This document shows, piece after piece, positions 24,274 to 36,316 of a stretch of 64,000 nt of DNA; positions within the stretch are counted from its first letter, which is position 1, and each line of letters starts with the position of its first letter. The notes under the pieces were generated by a model. The model saw only the letters and a program-made list of their open reading frames with translations. It was not told the DNA's origin and did no database searches. The translations under genes and the position numbers were made by a program. The stretch comes from Phoronis australis (Eukaryota; Animalia; Phoronida): assembly GCA_002633005.1 (NCBI GenBank), contig NMRA01000119.1:770228-834227 (forward strand), in the 5' to 3' direction.

Positions 24274-25119
24274 CTGTAAACAAAACATGAATTTTTATAA
24301 AACGTGTATGTTGAATGCAGCTCCGACACTTTTTCGCCTACTTGTTGGTAAGGATTACACGAAAGGAAACCCTTTCAGTTAAAACGCATTTCAAAATAAC
24401 GATCCTTCGACAAGAAAGCGTTTTGATTTTGATACTTTCTGGTGGTGCACCACCTATTAGGTAATCGAAATGAATAACGCCGACCCTCACTTTTGTAAAC
24501 GCCAACAATGGTCTTTCATACGTAAATGCAAATACTTACAGAGCTGTAGTCTACGAAATGTTCCAATTGTTGGGATAACTTTCGGTTCGTAAAACATACT
24601 TTGTGTTTGTTCTAAACAAGTAAAAGTAACAAGTAGAACAACCGCAAAGTTCTAAAAGACAACTTGGATCAAATGAATGTCTATTACGAGTTTTCTTCTT
24701 AATCATGCAAGTCAAGATCCACAACTTTACTTGACTAAATTATCAGTTGTCAAAATTTACAAACTAATCAATTGAAAAATGTTTTATTTGGACTGTTGCC
24801 AAAACTTCCACCAGTTACGGTAAATTTTAAGTTATAAGTGATCAGCGTGGATGCGAAACTCGCGCAAATGAAGCAATGCATGGCAATATCTTACGAAGGC
24901 TCGTGCGTGCTCTTGCTATACTCGCAAGAAACTTGCCCCACGGTACGCAGATCTGGTTTCTGACAAGTGATTGGTCGGTGACAATAAAAAAGTTCTGGAA
25001 TTTTCAAGTGTCATTTGCGGGTCAATTCGTCGGGCATTTGTCGATAGGCTAAGTGAACTTTTGAATTAACATGACATAAACCCACATTCGGATGATTTAG
25101 ACAAATTACCTTTATAAAA

Positions 25120-25485
25120 CTCGAAATGGAACTCAAAATAATGTTTTTGGCATTTTCTACTCTACTTTTGTGCAAACTCAAGATAAATGTCTATTATTCT
25201 ATATGCTCGAGTACATAATGACTTACGTGGATAATTTATTAGTCCTAGTTTGCAGTTGATAAACCCAACATTAAGGCTAAAAATTCGAGTTAGAACTCGA
25301 AATTTCGAGTTTTCACGCGAGTTTGTAGCACGAATGTAAGGGCCTTCATGTGCAAACTTGGACTAGAAACTCATATGCATAAACTATAATGTATTCGAGC
25401 ACTGTCTGATAACCACTTATCTTGAGTTCGCACTAAAGGAGCAGAGAAATTGCCAAAAATAATTTCGAGTACAAAGATTAGAGAC
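25120..25485. repeat. Palindromic dispersed repeat family E (also ~55380-55600 and ~58437-58760)
   Basis: Arms ttttgtgcaaactcaagataa...tgctcgagta and tattcgagca...ttatcttgagttcgcac are shared with the other two loci. Confidence 0.6.
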
Positions 25486-25927
25486 TGGGCTCTGGGCTCA
25501 GTAACAACAGGCAGTTCATTGACTGCTTTAGACCAAAATAAAAATTTTTGATGACTTGACACTGCATGTTGTTATGTCCATATAGCTTGGTTTCAAGACA
25601 TAAAGAGCTTCAGGCCTATAAACGTCCAGAGACGATTTATGAGCTGTTCAACCGACATGACCGGTCATAGTAATAACGTGCGATTGTAACGATATTAAGG
25701 CATCAGTTGAAATGATTGAAAGGCTCGTATTTTGATCCCAGGGTGGATTCATGAAAACGTGTTCGACATTACAAAATAACGGATTTTATCGACAACATCG
25801 GCATGTTACAGTGCGCTCCAAAATGAGTTCGTGAAAATCCCGAATATGTTGGAAATGACGTAAGTGTAACCTCTTAGCAATCTAGTCGATATCTTTCGAA
25901 AAACCTTTTCTTTTAACATGCCGTACT

Positions 25928-26048
25928 CATGGGCGGAGCACCACAGGGGGCTGGGGGGGGGCTATAGCCCCACATTTTTCAGTGCTACTTCGCCCGTGGT
26001 CTATNGGGGGTTTAGCCCCTCACTTTTTCCAGTGCTGCGCCGCCCATG
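25928..26048. mobile_element. Mini-MITE family D (contains n at 26005)
   Basis: TSD gtact on both sides. Confidence 0.75.
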
Positions 26049-26683
26049 GTACTCTCCAGCACAATTAAAGGGGGTAGAGTTCAGTAACGCTTGGACCAAC
26101 GTTAGGACATCGCTGAAATCTCGCCAAAATCACGTGGTCTCGGTTAAAATACACGGCATTGTCTCACGTAATATCGCGAAGTCTTGCTTTTTAACGAGAC
26201 CCTGGAGTTATTGAACTCTACTCTGGAAATGCACGTGAAATAGTTTGTTTACTCGACCAAATGAAATGTTTTTAATCTTGTGGACGAAACCGTGGACTCG
26301 CGCATGCAGTCAGGAATTTAGCTGTATATTCGGCTTACACGAAACCGGCTGTGCGCTGAAGGCAGAAACTAGACTAGAGAGCCGCTAAATTTTTCACTAA
26401 GTGCGAAAATTTAGTTTTGCTGACTGGAGAGGATTAGTTCAAACTAAATGAAACGTGGTTTTAGTGGAGTGTATGCAATAACACTCCAAGCATGTCGCTG
26501 ACGCATGTATAGCTATTCTAAGTAATCATCCTGTCGCCCCACCTACTATTGTAGGTTTTCTAAGAATTTCAGCAAAATAAATATGATTAAAAAGAAATTG
26601 GTTGATACACAAGTTTGAAATATTGTGAAAAGGTAAACGTGGATAGTGTGAATTAATTTAGTAATAATGCGTATTATACTTAC

Positions 26684-27737
26684 CTTTGACACAACATCAG
26701 CTTTGAGATTTTTGTAGGAATCAGAGCTTTGGTTACCGAGTGACTCGTCCCAGTCCAGGCTTTTTATCTTCATAGATGCAGCAATTACAGTAAACCTTCC
26801 AGGAGATTCCGTTGGAGGGCGTTCCGTGACAGACTTGGTAGTAGATTTTATGTTTGAAGTCGTATATTTAGTTGTTGGAGGCTGTGTTTCTCCTTCAGTA
26901 GACACTGAAAGTTCTGATGTCGTCATAAATGTTGTTGGAAGTTCTGTCATCTTCATTGTTGTTTGAGGTTCCGTTGCTCCCTTTGTAGACACTGGACGTT
27001 CTGTTGTCGTTACCATTGTTGTTGGAGGTTCTGTCATTTTTTGTGTTGTTGGAGGCTCGGTTGCTCCCTCTGTGGACATTGAACGTTCCGTTGTCGGCAT
27101 CATTGTTGTTTGAGGTTCTGTCATCTTCATGGTTGTTGGAAGCTCCGTTGTTCCCTCTGTAGACACAACATGCTCTGATGTCGTCATCATTGTTGTTGGA
27201 GGTTCAGTCATCTTCTGTGTTGTTGGAAGTTTCGTTGCTCCTTCCGTAGACACTGAACGCTCTGATGTAGGTGTAGGCTGTGATGTCGTGGGAGGCTGAG
27301 ATGATGGCTGTTGGGTGAGTTGTTGTGTTGTACGAGGCTGAGTTGGTTCTTGTGTTGTGGGAGGCTGAGTTGGTTTTTGAGTGGTGGGAGGCTGCGTTAA
27401 TTGTTGTGTTGTGGGTGTCTGTGTCGGTTGTTCTGTTGTGAGAGGCTGAGTTGGTTGTTGNGAGTTGGTTGTTGTGTTGTGGGAGGCTGTGTTGGTTGTT
27501 GTGTTGTTGGAGGCTGTGTTGGTTGTTGTGTTGTGGGAGGCTGAGTTGGTTGTTGTGTTGTGGGCGTCTGAGCTGGTTGTTGTGTTGTGTGAGGTTGTGT
27601 TATTTCTTTTGTCGTAGAAGTTTGAGTCTGTTTGTTCGTGTAATTTCCTTGAATTACTGTTTCATGTCTTGTAAGTCTATTCTCTGTCGTTGTCTGCCTT
27701 GATGCCACAATTCTTTCTGTTGATGTTGTCTGGTTTC
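26684..27737 (-). CDS. Mucin PTS domain 1 (27-bp TTQQPTQPP repeats, then 29-aa repeats) plus N-terminal part of SEA 1 (n at 27461)
   Basis: ttattacag acceptor (phase 1), gtaagt donor; ends VIAASMKIKSLDWDESLGNQSSDSYKNLKADVVSK. Confidence 0.8.
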
Positions 27738-30700
27738 CTGTAATAACCAAAATCATAACTTTACCATCAATATGAGGCTGTTTCCGTAACACTACGGAAA
27801 CTTTCTTACTAATAGTTAATCTCTGTTATAACAAGATCTATCCTGTTATAATTGGAGAGTGAGCATTTAGTCACGAAATTATCGTAACAATGAATCACTT
27901 CTGAGCACGGATGCTCTAACTGGAAATTCCATCAAAACTCAAGGTTTCTGTAGCATCACTCCAGTTGTTGAGATAATGACGCCTGTTATTCCCAACCGGT
28001 TAACTTACGTCATCCACTCTGTTCGATTATGCACTGCACAAGTTTCAAACGCGCATACTTTTGCGGCCAGATTTTTGTGTGGAGACTTCAGAACAAGTAT
28101 TTGATAGAGGTGGCACTGCCATAAAATAGGCTACAGTAAAACACTGCACACCGTCGTGTAGGCTTGATCGAAAGGGTTGTTTTCTCTATACAGTTTCTAT
28201 ATTTCTGTTTGTGATTGAATCTTTTATCGTCGTTGCTTTACTAGCAGTGCAGTTGTAGATGCACTCAGTCCAAACTGTTCTACAATGCTCTTTTGTTTGC
28301 AGGAATGCGGCCAGCTCGCGACCAGTAGCGCACACAAAGGCCACACAGAGTGCATCAACAAATGGAGTAAGGTACTTCTGGATAGCTTGATGCAGACCAA
28401 GTTTCATGCGATAAAAGCGAGATCACGCAAAACTACGTAATACCACGCGAGTGTTTCACATGTATGCTCAAGACCTTACTAGATTTTTCAAACAAAACGA
28501 CTGCTGCAAATGTGATTTGGTGTTTATGGTCGGAATGTTGAATCTTGGGATTGAATGCATAAATCATGGGATAGAGTTCGTTGCTTCCAAAGATATTTCG
28601 ACGCAAGTGCAAGCAAATGTATTGCGTCAATGGATCATTTTCAAATGCAGTTTCTATTATTTTCATTAAAAACGACACACTTTTACATGTCTAACTTTAG
28701 TTACTCGACGTTTTGTGTAAGCCTTTTTTAGCTATGGGTTTGCCTTATTAGCTCGGGGTCGTGTTTTCTTTGAGTTCATGAGCATACAGCTTTTATGCCC
28801 AGTGGTGTACAAATGAATTTTTCTAATGAAAAGTGAAAGTGAATGCGCGTTGTTTACGTAGTTGGTACCAATAAATGATAGAAAATGAATAACCACCCAT
28901 CACTCGGTGTGGTTGGTTGTTTGTTTTAATGCCGAGTTAATCACTACGGAAGTACTTTTAGATAAAGAAGTTATGCGGTGTGTCTACAACACACATTGTG
29001 ATCTTATGACTTAACCAGGAAAACGTAACCTTCCTGCGCTCGTTGGGATGAAACTAAAATACTGGTTCTCTCGTGGAGTATTGTCCCATCCTCAACATTA
29101 CAATTCAAGTGATTGAAAATTTATCGTGTTTACGAAGTCGTCTTATGTATGAAAATCCAAGAGAATTCATAAATTGAAAAAAAAAACATGTGAATCTACG
29201 TGGAAATCTCTTACCGTCTGAGTACGGGACAAGTTAAGATCATGAGTTACTGCGGCTGGTGGTCTATGTCAAAAGTTCGCTTCACGTTCATAGAAATACA
29301 CGCAAAAAACTGCCACTAGGATGCGCCACAGTGGTCAGAACTGTCCGAAAAATGACAATGCTGTTCTCAGCCTAGGAACATAATTATCGGCTAATTTTCA
29401 TGATGATTGTTTGATCGGTTTGGCGGACAAAGAGGTGGACGCCAAAGACCAGATTTGAAAGTAGTAAAAATTTCGTTAATAGATAGACCTCTTTGTCATA
29501 TTTCGAGAACATTCGTCAAGGAACTCCGAAGATACATGGGCAAACACAAAAACTCAACGTTGACACGAGGGGACGCACCGACAGTCGAATACGTCCGGAA
29601 AATGCTCGTTCCGTCCCATCCATAATTGGAGAATGTCTGGAATTTTTGATGAGCATATCCATGGGTGTTTTGGGGATACAGCAGGGCTCCAGATGCCTCA
29701 ATCTTTGGCGAAATACCCGCTCCATTCCCGTACGATATATGTATAAAAGTAACGCGAAATTCCATTCATAAAGCCCAAAAATTTTCTCTCCAATGACTGA
29801 AATCACGCTCATGGTTAAAAAAGCACTTTAAACAGTTATGTTTGATTACTTGGGGCGTTGTCGAGTGGAATGTAATTGGTGGTGACAGGCCAGGCGGAAA
29901 ATTCTCATGTACCAAAAAGAAGGAAGCAGGCATTTTCCGTTCAGGTGAGCGAGGGCCCCGTAAAGTAGGATGACCTGTCGGACAAGCAGGAATGAGGGCC
30001 TGATGTACAGTATCCCATGTATATGTGGAAAATATTTGTGTATGTATGTATAGGCGCATTCTTTGTTGTTGGATAAAATGTCTACGTAAAAAACCAGGCA
30101 AGGTTGCCAATCCCTCTTTTATCTTCGTCGGTGTACCACTAATATGATGATAACCTTGTTTTATTTATTCGTTTGTCCTATTCATAGAGATAACTGAAAC
30201 CTCGGTAAAGAAAGGAAATGATGTGATAAGATGAATCAGGCATTATTTGCAGTTAACGCTAGATTGGCCTCAAAAGGTACTGCCCTAGCAGACTTTTCGT
30301 ATTCAAAATATTCATAGTACCCGAGAACTTGAGTGATTTTTATTAACCTAGGTGGGCATGTTGAATCTTCGACCAGGTCATTTTAAGTCTGTGGCCAGTT
30401 CAGTTGGATAAAGTCAGTTTGGCGTGGATTGATCGTATGACTGCATTAAAATTGAGCTCGTGCACCGCATATCAAACGACAAGTATCCAGCAATATACTC
30501 AAGCTTGTGGGCCACATGAGTACTCGGTAATACATGTTCGGTTACTTCAGAGAGAGGATAACAGGGAAACGGCTGTGCGCAGTCTGCACTTGAAAGAAAA
30601 GGAGTAAAAGTGAACTGTCCACATTATTGCGTGCCTGGAGAATGAACGATTTAATACACCTGAAATTTCAGAATACTCTTCTAAGAAATACGGTGTCTAC

Positions 30701-31803
30701 GCCACCTAATCAAAATACCAGGATCGTCTGTGGGGAACGTCAAGCTACTTGACGTTTTTGTGAGTAATTCCCTGATCAGATGACATTTTACTTGACAACT
30801 GACATGATGGAAAGATACCAACCAAGGTCAGGTGTCTTATTGCCCAGCCCGATCCGTGAGATCTCTCCTCGTGTCACGAAATACATTACACTAACGGTTT
30901 TATCTGGCACTTGAAGCAACACTCAGTAGGAATGGAATGAAGACAGATAAGAATTTCTAAGAAAAGAACAATACCAATACACGAACCCAATCGTCTAGCC
31001 TCTCTCTCTCTGGACCCTCTCCCCGGCCCCTCAGTGAACACAGAAAAACAGCAAGATCAATGAAATGTGGAAAATTTAGTGAGATATGAAGGATAAAGAT
31101 AAAATCTCAACACAGTTGCTACAGTTTTTTAAACTAGCGTTTAGTTTTCATTTCGTGCAACTTTAAAATTGTTTCGTGAAAATCCTACGAGTTCTAGTTT
31201 TGATATCTTCTCGTGCAAAAAGGGTAAACTTTAACCACTAGAGGAATTTGTTAAACCCTCTTCTGGCTAATCTTCAGTTCGTGTATTTGAATACCCTAAA
31301 AACACGTACGCATAATTTTATGTGCTTGTAAGCGTGGAGCACGGCAGGGGACACCGTGAACTTAGCAATACATTACATATGCAGATATGCTGTGTTTACC
31401 ATAAAAAGAAGAGCAAAATTTAACAGCGGGAATGTATGATTTATAGATGTAACAAGTGAGTGATTTCGGTCTAGGTCATAATGGGTGTTAAGAGACACTT
31501 ACATTTTTTAAAGTCATAAAATACTTTGTTTTATTCTCGATCCACGAGTAATGTCATGTTTGAGAAACTCTTACTGTCATGAAACAAGACATGTTGCCAA
31601 GTTCACTGTACATGAAGAGACACTGAGAAAAAGTTTCTAAACCATATGATTGATCTAAATTAATATCTGATCTGTACCTAATTTGCAATATGTGCCGGAG
31701 ACGTGTTTATTGTGATATAAACAATTGTTCATTCATGTTTTTATACAGACGAAGCAAAAACTCTTGATTCAGGAGTGACATGAAAAACACTGCTAGTGAG
31801 AAC

Positions 31804-31975
31804 TGGAAAACAAAAACGATGCTAGAGAGCAGCATGAAAACGATGGTTCGATATTAATCAGATGTATCATCGGGTACAATAGTGGACAAAAATTACTATT
31901 GTACCTGATGATGATATTTGATTAATATCGAAACGTCGTTTTCATGCTGCACTCCAGCATCGTTTTTGTTTTCCA
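31804..31975. repeat. Fold-back inverted repeat (~80-bp arms) containing a Penelope-type hammerhead motif
   Basis: tggaaaacaaaaacgatgct...gtacaatagt / actattgtac...agcatcgtttttgttttcca. Confidence 0.85.
31901..31940 (+). ncRNA. Candidate minimal type I hammerhead ribozyme (Penelope-like element type)
   Basis: CUGAUGA-U-[GAUAUU ugauu AAUAUC]-GAAA-C-GUC with palindromic ACGU helix III; helix I is weak (2 bp). Confidence 0.55.
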
Positions 31976-34900
31976 CTTCTTACTTCTGACTTGGCCACAA
32001 AGTAATACTAATAAAAAACAGCTGTCCCAATGCCAAAAGGGAGTACAGTAAGATAATTGTAGAAAAAACTCCTGTACATTACGTCGAATGACCGTATTCA
32101 ATTCCGGCCAAAAATTGAAACGACATCCTTGAGCACGTGCAATTGATACTTTGTGGGATATTACTACGTCTACGCATTGAGACACGAAATTTGTAAGGTA
32201 TGAAAACAAATTAACGAAACTGAATAAAAGCACCATTGGCAATGGCTAAGTGTTGATCTGTTGCGAGAGTAGGTAATAGTTGAGAATAAGAGGACGACAA
32301 ACAGCTGTTGTTGTGGTTTCATTGAAGTATATTGCCAAAGTATTCGATGCTATTGTTTACATTAATCAGCCATACCATAGACTATAGTACATTCTGTTGT
32401 CTATAATCTATGGCCATACCAGGTATAGCTCATTGTGTACATGTACTTCAAACCATTAAGCCGTTATAATCCTTGTCCTGAGGTTAAAATATCTCAACTT
32501 TCTTCACTTGCATATTTGCTACCTCCAAATTAACGTCATTACGTTGTTGTGTTTTGTTAGAACTGAACTCGGTGATCGCCTGGAGTTCCCCTGTCGGACT
32601 AATGCCTAAACTAACCCGCAGTGACAAGTAGACTGAAGCAACAACGACTCGACGGTTTTTCTGAAGCCAATAAATAATTTCTATGACCAAAGAACAAGGT
32701 GACTTTGATTTTATTTCACAAAGTAGCCTAACAAACGTTCGTTTTTCAAAATCGCGCAGGTTTGCTCCCATAAAACAGAGTATATCTGGGATTGATGTTG
32801 TGGGGACTTGAGACGATATTGGTGATTCCACACACAAGTATTGTTTTCACTTACGATTAGTTCTTTCCTTGAGAGAACAAACAGTACTTCAAGAAGTGGA
32901 TCCTTTTGTTCGAGGTACACGATCTGTTCCCCACAACCGTCGATAATACGCCTAAAGTGTTAGTCACGCACAGCGATTCGGCACACTTTTTACGGATTTT
33001 CAAACTTGCTCAACATTGTTTAGGGTTCATGGGGGTTACCGGACATTATTTTGCTTAAAAAATTAAGCGTTCTAGCAGTTTCTGATAACTGCTAATGAGC
33101 TAATGCGAGGTTGAGTATCTTTTTAAGAATTTCTTGTTTGCTGTAAGTTTTTGAAGTATTAAGTCTAAGTACTAACAGTACTGTGACATATAACTACTAC
33201 AGAGTTCAATGAAGTAGTTATAAAAAATGCGCAGTGTGCTCTCACATCAATACCCTCAAAAGTGCTAGGAATTATTTTTGAGCCGTCTAAAATGTGCTCC
33301 TATTGAATATTTAAAGGAATCCGGGTAAACTATTGAATGATCAGATATCAGCTGCTTTGGATAGAGTTCATCCAGTACCGGCTAAAATTGCGCGTCGCTA
33401 ATGGCAACGGATATCATCTTTCTGTAATGCACTCAATGTATTAGTGTAACAAATAAGTCAACGGTAATTTTTACGACATAATCTGACGACGATGGGCAAG
33501 TCGGTGCACTAAAGGGTGATCAAAAACGATTATAATGAACTTGATGGTCTGAAGTTATGCCGAACAAGGGAGAGTTTGGAGGAATAACGATAGTCACTAC
33601 ATTCCTCCAGTGTCCGTCCTTCGTGTGTGCAGACATGGTGCTGTACCATGTTTGGAAATCAGAGCCATGTTTAAAATCTTCAGTCATGTTTGAAAGAGCG
33701 GAGGAGAAATGATTGAAACAGTGTTGCATTGGGATACTTATTTTTTATATTTTGCAGTGAAAATAAAATTGTCGTGCCTAGCAGTGAAAATACTGGATAA
33801 CTGTTTGTTGTTTTTCTTAATCAACAGAAAGCAAATTAGGATACAAAAACATGACGCGGAATTTGTAACATTTTTGCTCAGGGAGAACCCTATACTCAAA
33901 GTTCTATTTACAATCTTCTTGTCGCAAAGAGTTCAATTTATCGTTACTATCAATCGCTAGTCTTCTCTGATTTATTGGGAATGTGGCGTTTATCTCAGAT
34001 ATATCCTGCATGCACAACCTATTCAAAGTATACAGTCGATTTTAAGGCCGAACGCATTTTAGGGTTACAGTAATGCTGGGTTACTTATTACCTTGAGTAA
34101 TAAAACAGCAAGTAACTGCATTTTATTTGATATCACCGATTCCCGACAAGGGCTTCCAGTCATTCGGTAGGATTAATTGAAATCGAGGCTGGTGATGTTC
34201 AAACTCCTCGTGCCATATCGACTTTCTGCTCCACTACCATTACGTCGGACTGCGACTGCTAAGAGTTCTAAATCTTGGCGCTGATCTCAAGAACACAAAA
34301 TTGTCGCCGTTTATATCAGTTGGAAAATTGGCTATGCTAAACCTTTGCACGCGTTTGGTTCTTTTGATGGAAGCAACTTCTTAAATTCCAAACACTAGAC
34401 TATTATTGAAAATGTGTGCGCTCGTCCGCATGTTAACCATTCTAACACTTCATTATTGTTAAACTGCCATAGAGTAAATTGTTATTGCCATGTCCGCAAT
34501 TAATATTTCAAATACTAACACCAGTTAAAAGTGATAATTTCGAGTACTAGTAATACTGCCGCCTCTGCCTTCAGGTAGCATTGTGCGAACGGGTAAGGTC
34601 ACAACACTTGTTCTCGTTACAATACTCTTACCTATCGGCAAGTAAATTACCGGTACACAACCTATCTATTGAACAACTAGTTATCTGATCATCATAATGC
34701 CTCTTAATGCTCCGGTAAATTGGCCAACAGATAGCACCAACTAGTTCTTACTACTATATAATAAAAGAAACCTCCCTTTCAGAAGTCCTGAATAGGATTC
34801 CAGTGTTGACAGCAATAACTGATTAAATCTGCTAAGTCATATTTGCACTTCAGAGCTGAGCCCCTAGGCCATCGGTAAGGTTCTGGTCAGGTACACACAA

Positions 34901-35547
34901 TGAGATTAGTGTTGGCTATTCACTGAATGCGTTGCCCGACTGCTCATACGGTGTAGTAGTAAAACAAAATTTCCCACCGAATTCTGTAGCGAATGTGAAA
35001 CCTGCCGAGAATGTATCCGTATGCGTACGACAGGCAATGTCTGAAAACTGAGAATTTGTTTTGTAACCACTGGGCTTATAATAGAAATGTGGTATATTCT
35101 TGGGTATTCCAGAGTCCAAAAATTCTAGAACGTATTTTCAGAAACGGAAGCATGAAAGCGAAACATCTGGCCTGGTTTTATGGTATCTCGGGAGGGCATT
35201 ATTTCCGTACAAGTATCTTCTCGAGTGGGGAAATTTGGCTTTGTCTTATCCGTAGTGGGGTGGGCAAGCGAATATAGTGGTTACGTAGTGAGATAGGTCG
35301 AAAAGAAGAAGTGGTGACGACCACTGAGCCATTGTCTCATGTAGTTTTTATCACGTGGTATTGTCTTGAGTATCTTTTACATCAGTTAGTATTGTTGTCT
35401 AGAGTACAGTTTTATATCACTTGGTAGTTCAAAAACTTTGCATTCAAAGAGGGTGGCTCGCAGGTCAACCTGAGAGTGAGAGAATTTGTATAATATGCAA
35501 TACTGGTCAAATTAAAAATAAGCTTCTTTTTATGTGTCATTGTCCTG

Positions 35548-35609
35548 CATGGGCGGCGCACCATAGGGGGCATGAGGGGGGCTATAGCTCCCAACTTTTT
35601 TCTCCCATG
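35548..35609. mobile_element. Mini-MITE family D
   Basis: TSD tcctg on both sides; right TIR eroded. Confidence 0.75.
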
Positions 35610-36175
35610 TCCTGTCACTGGTAATGTGCGCCGAAGTTTGCTGACGAATATGACATATGATGCTAGATTAGTCAGATAATTTCAACGCCATGTTCCACGT
35701 GAGCTAAAAAGTCTGGCGTTTTACATTTCAAGAGCATCATTGTTAGTGTCTCGGGTACCCGTCTTCCCGCTTGCCCATGCATTGGTTTCGCGTAGATTTT
35801 GAATGTGCGGTAGCAGAGCCACCTTCAACTCATCCCATGGACGAAAACTCCCGCAGCGAGTATTTATATAGCTGTGTTCGGAGATCGGTTTGGCTACACC
35901 CAACCGACACGAGAGTGATCAATGGCTTTATTACGAGAGAGTGCATCCGAAGCATTTGATAAATGCATGAGGCGACTAAAGCCATACAGAAAAACTTTCA
36001 ATGAACAGGTTGTTAGTACAAACTCCTTGGATGTTTGTTCTCCATTTAGATCCGCTATAGGCCAGTCTAAGAAATCGTCGAGAAGAAAATAACGAATGTG
36101 TACGCTCCGGGTAGTCAGGTGCGATTCAAGGATCATGGCCAGAATTAAGGGGATTCCCGTAATGAACAGACATGG

Positions 36176-36316
36176 CATGGGCGGCGCACCATAGTGGGCT
36201 GGGGGGAGGCTATAGCCCCACTTATTTCGGTGCTGCGCCGCCCATGGGCGGTGCACCACAGGTGGGCTGTGGGAGGGGGCTATAGTTTTCACTTTTTTAG
36301 TGCTGTGCCGCCCATA
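36176..36316. mobile_element. Mini-MITE family D tandem dimer sharing the central CATG
   Basis: Two units joined at cccATGgg (36241-36248); outer flanks catgg/aatgg. Confidence 0.75.

Noticed and set aside
21759-27461. Apparent frameshifts in mucin exons suggesting a pseudogene
   Set aside because: Frame changes coincide exactly with single-n assembly joins (21759, 27461, also 17728)
15669-27600. Regular 87-bp and 27-bp periodic repeats as a CRISPR-like or non-coding array
   Set aside because: No unique spacers, periods are multiples of 3 and the repeats lie in spliced coding exons of a eukaryotic gene
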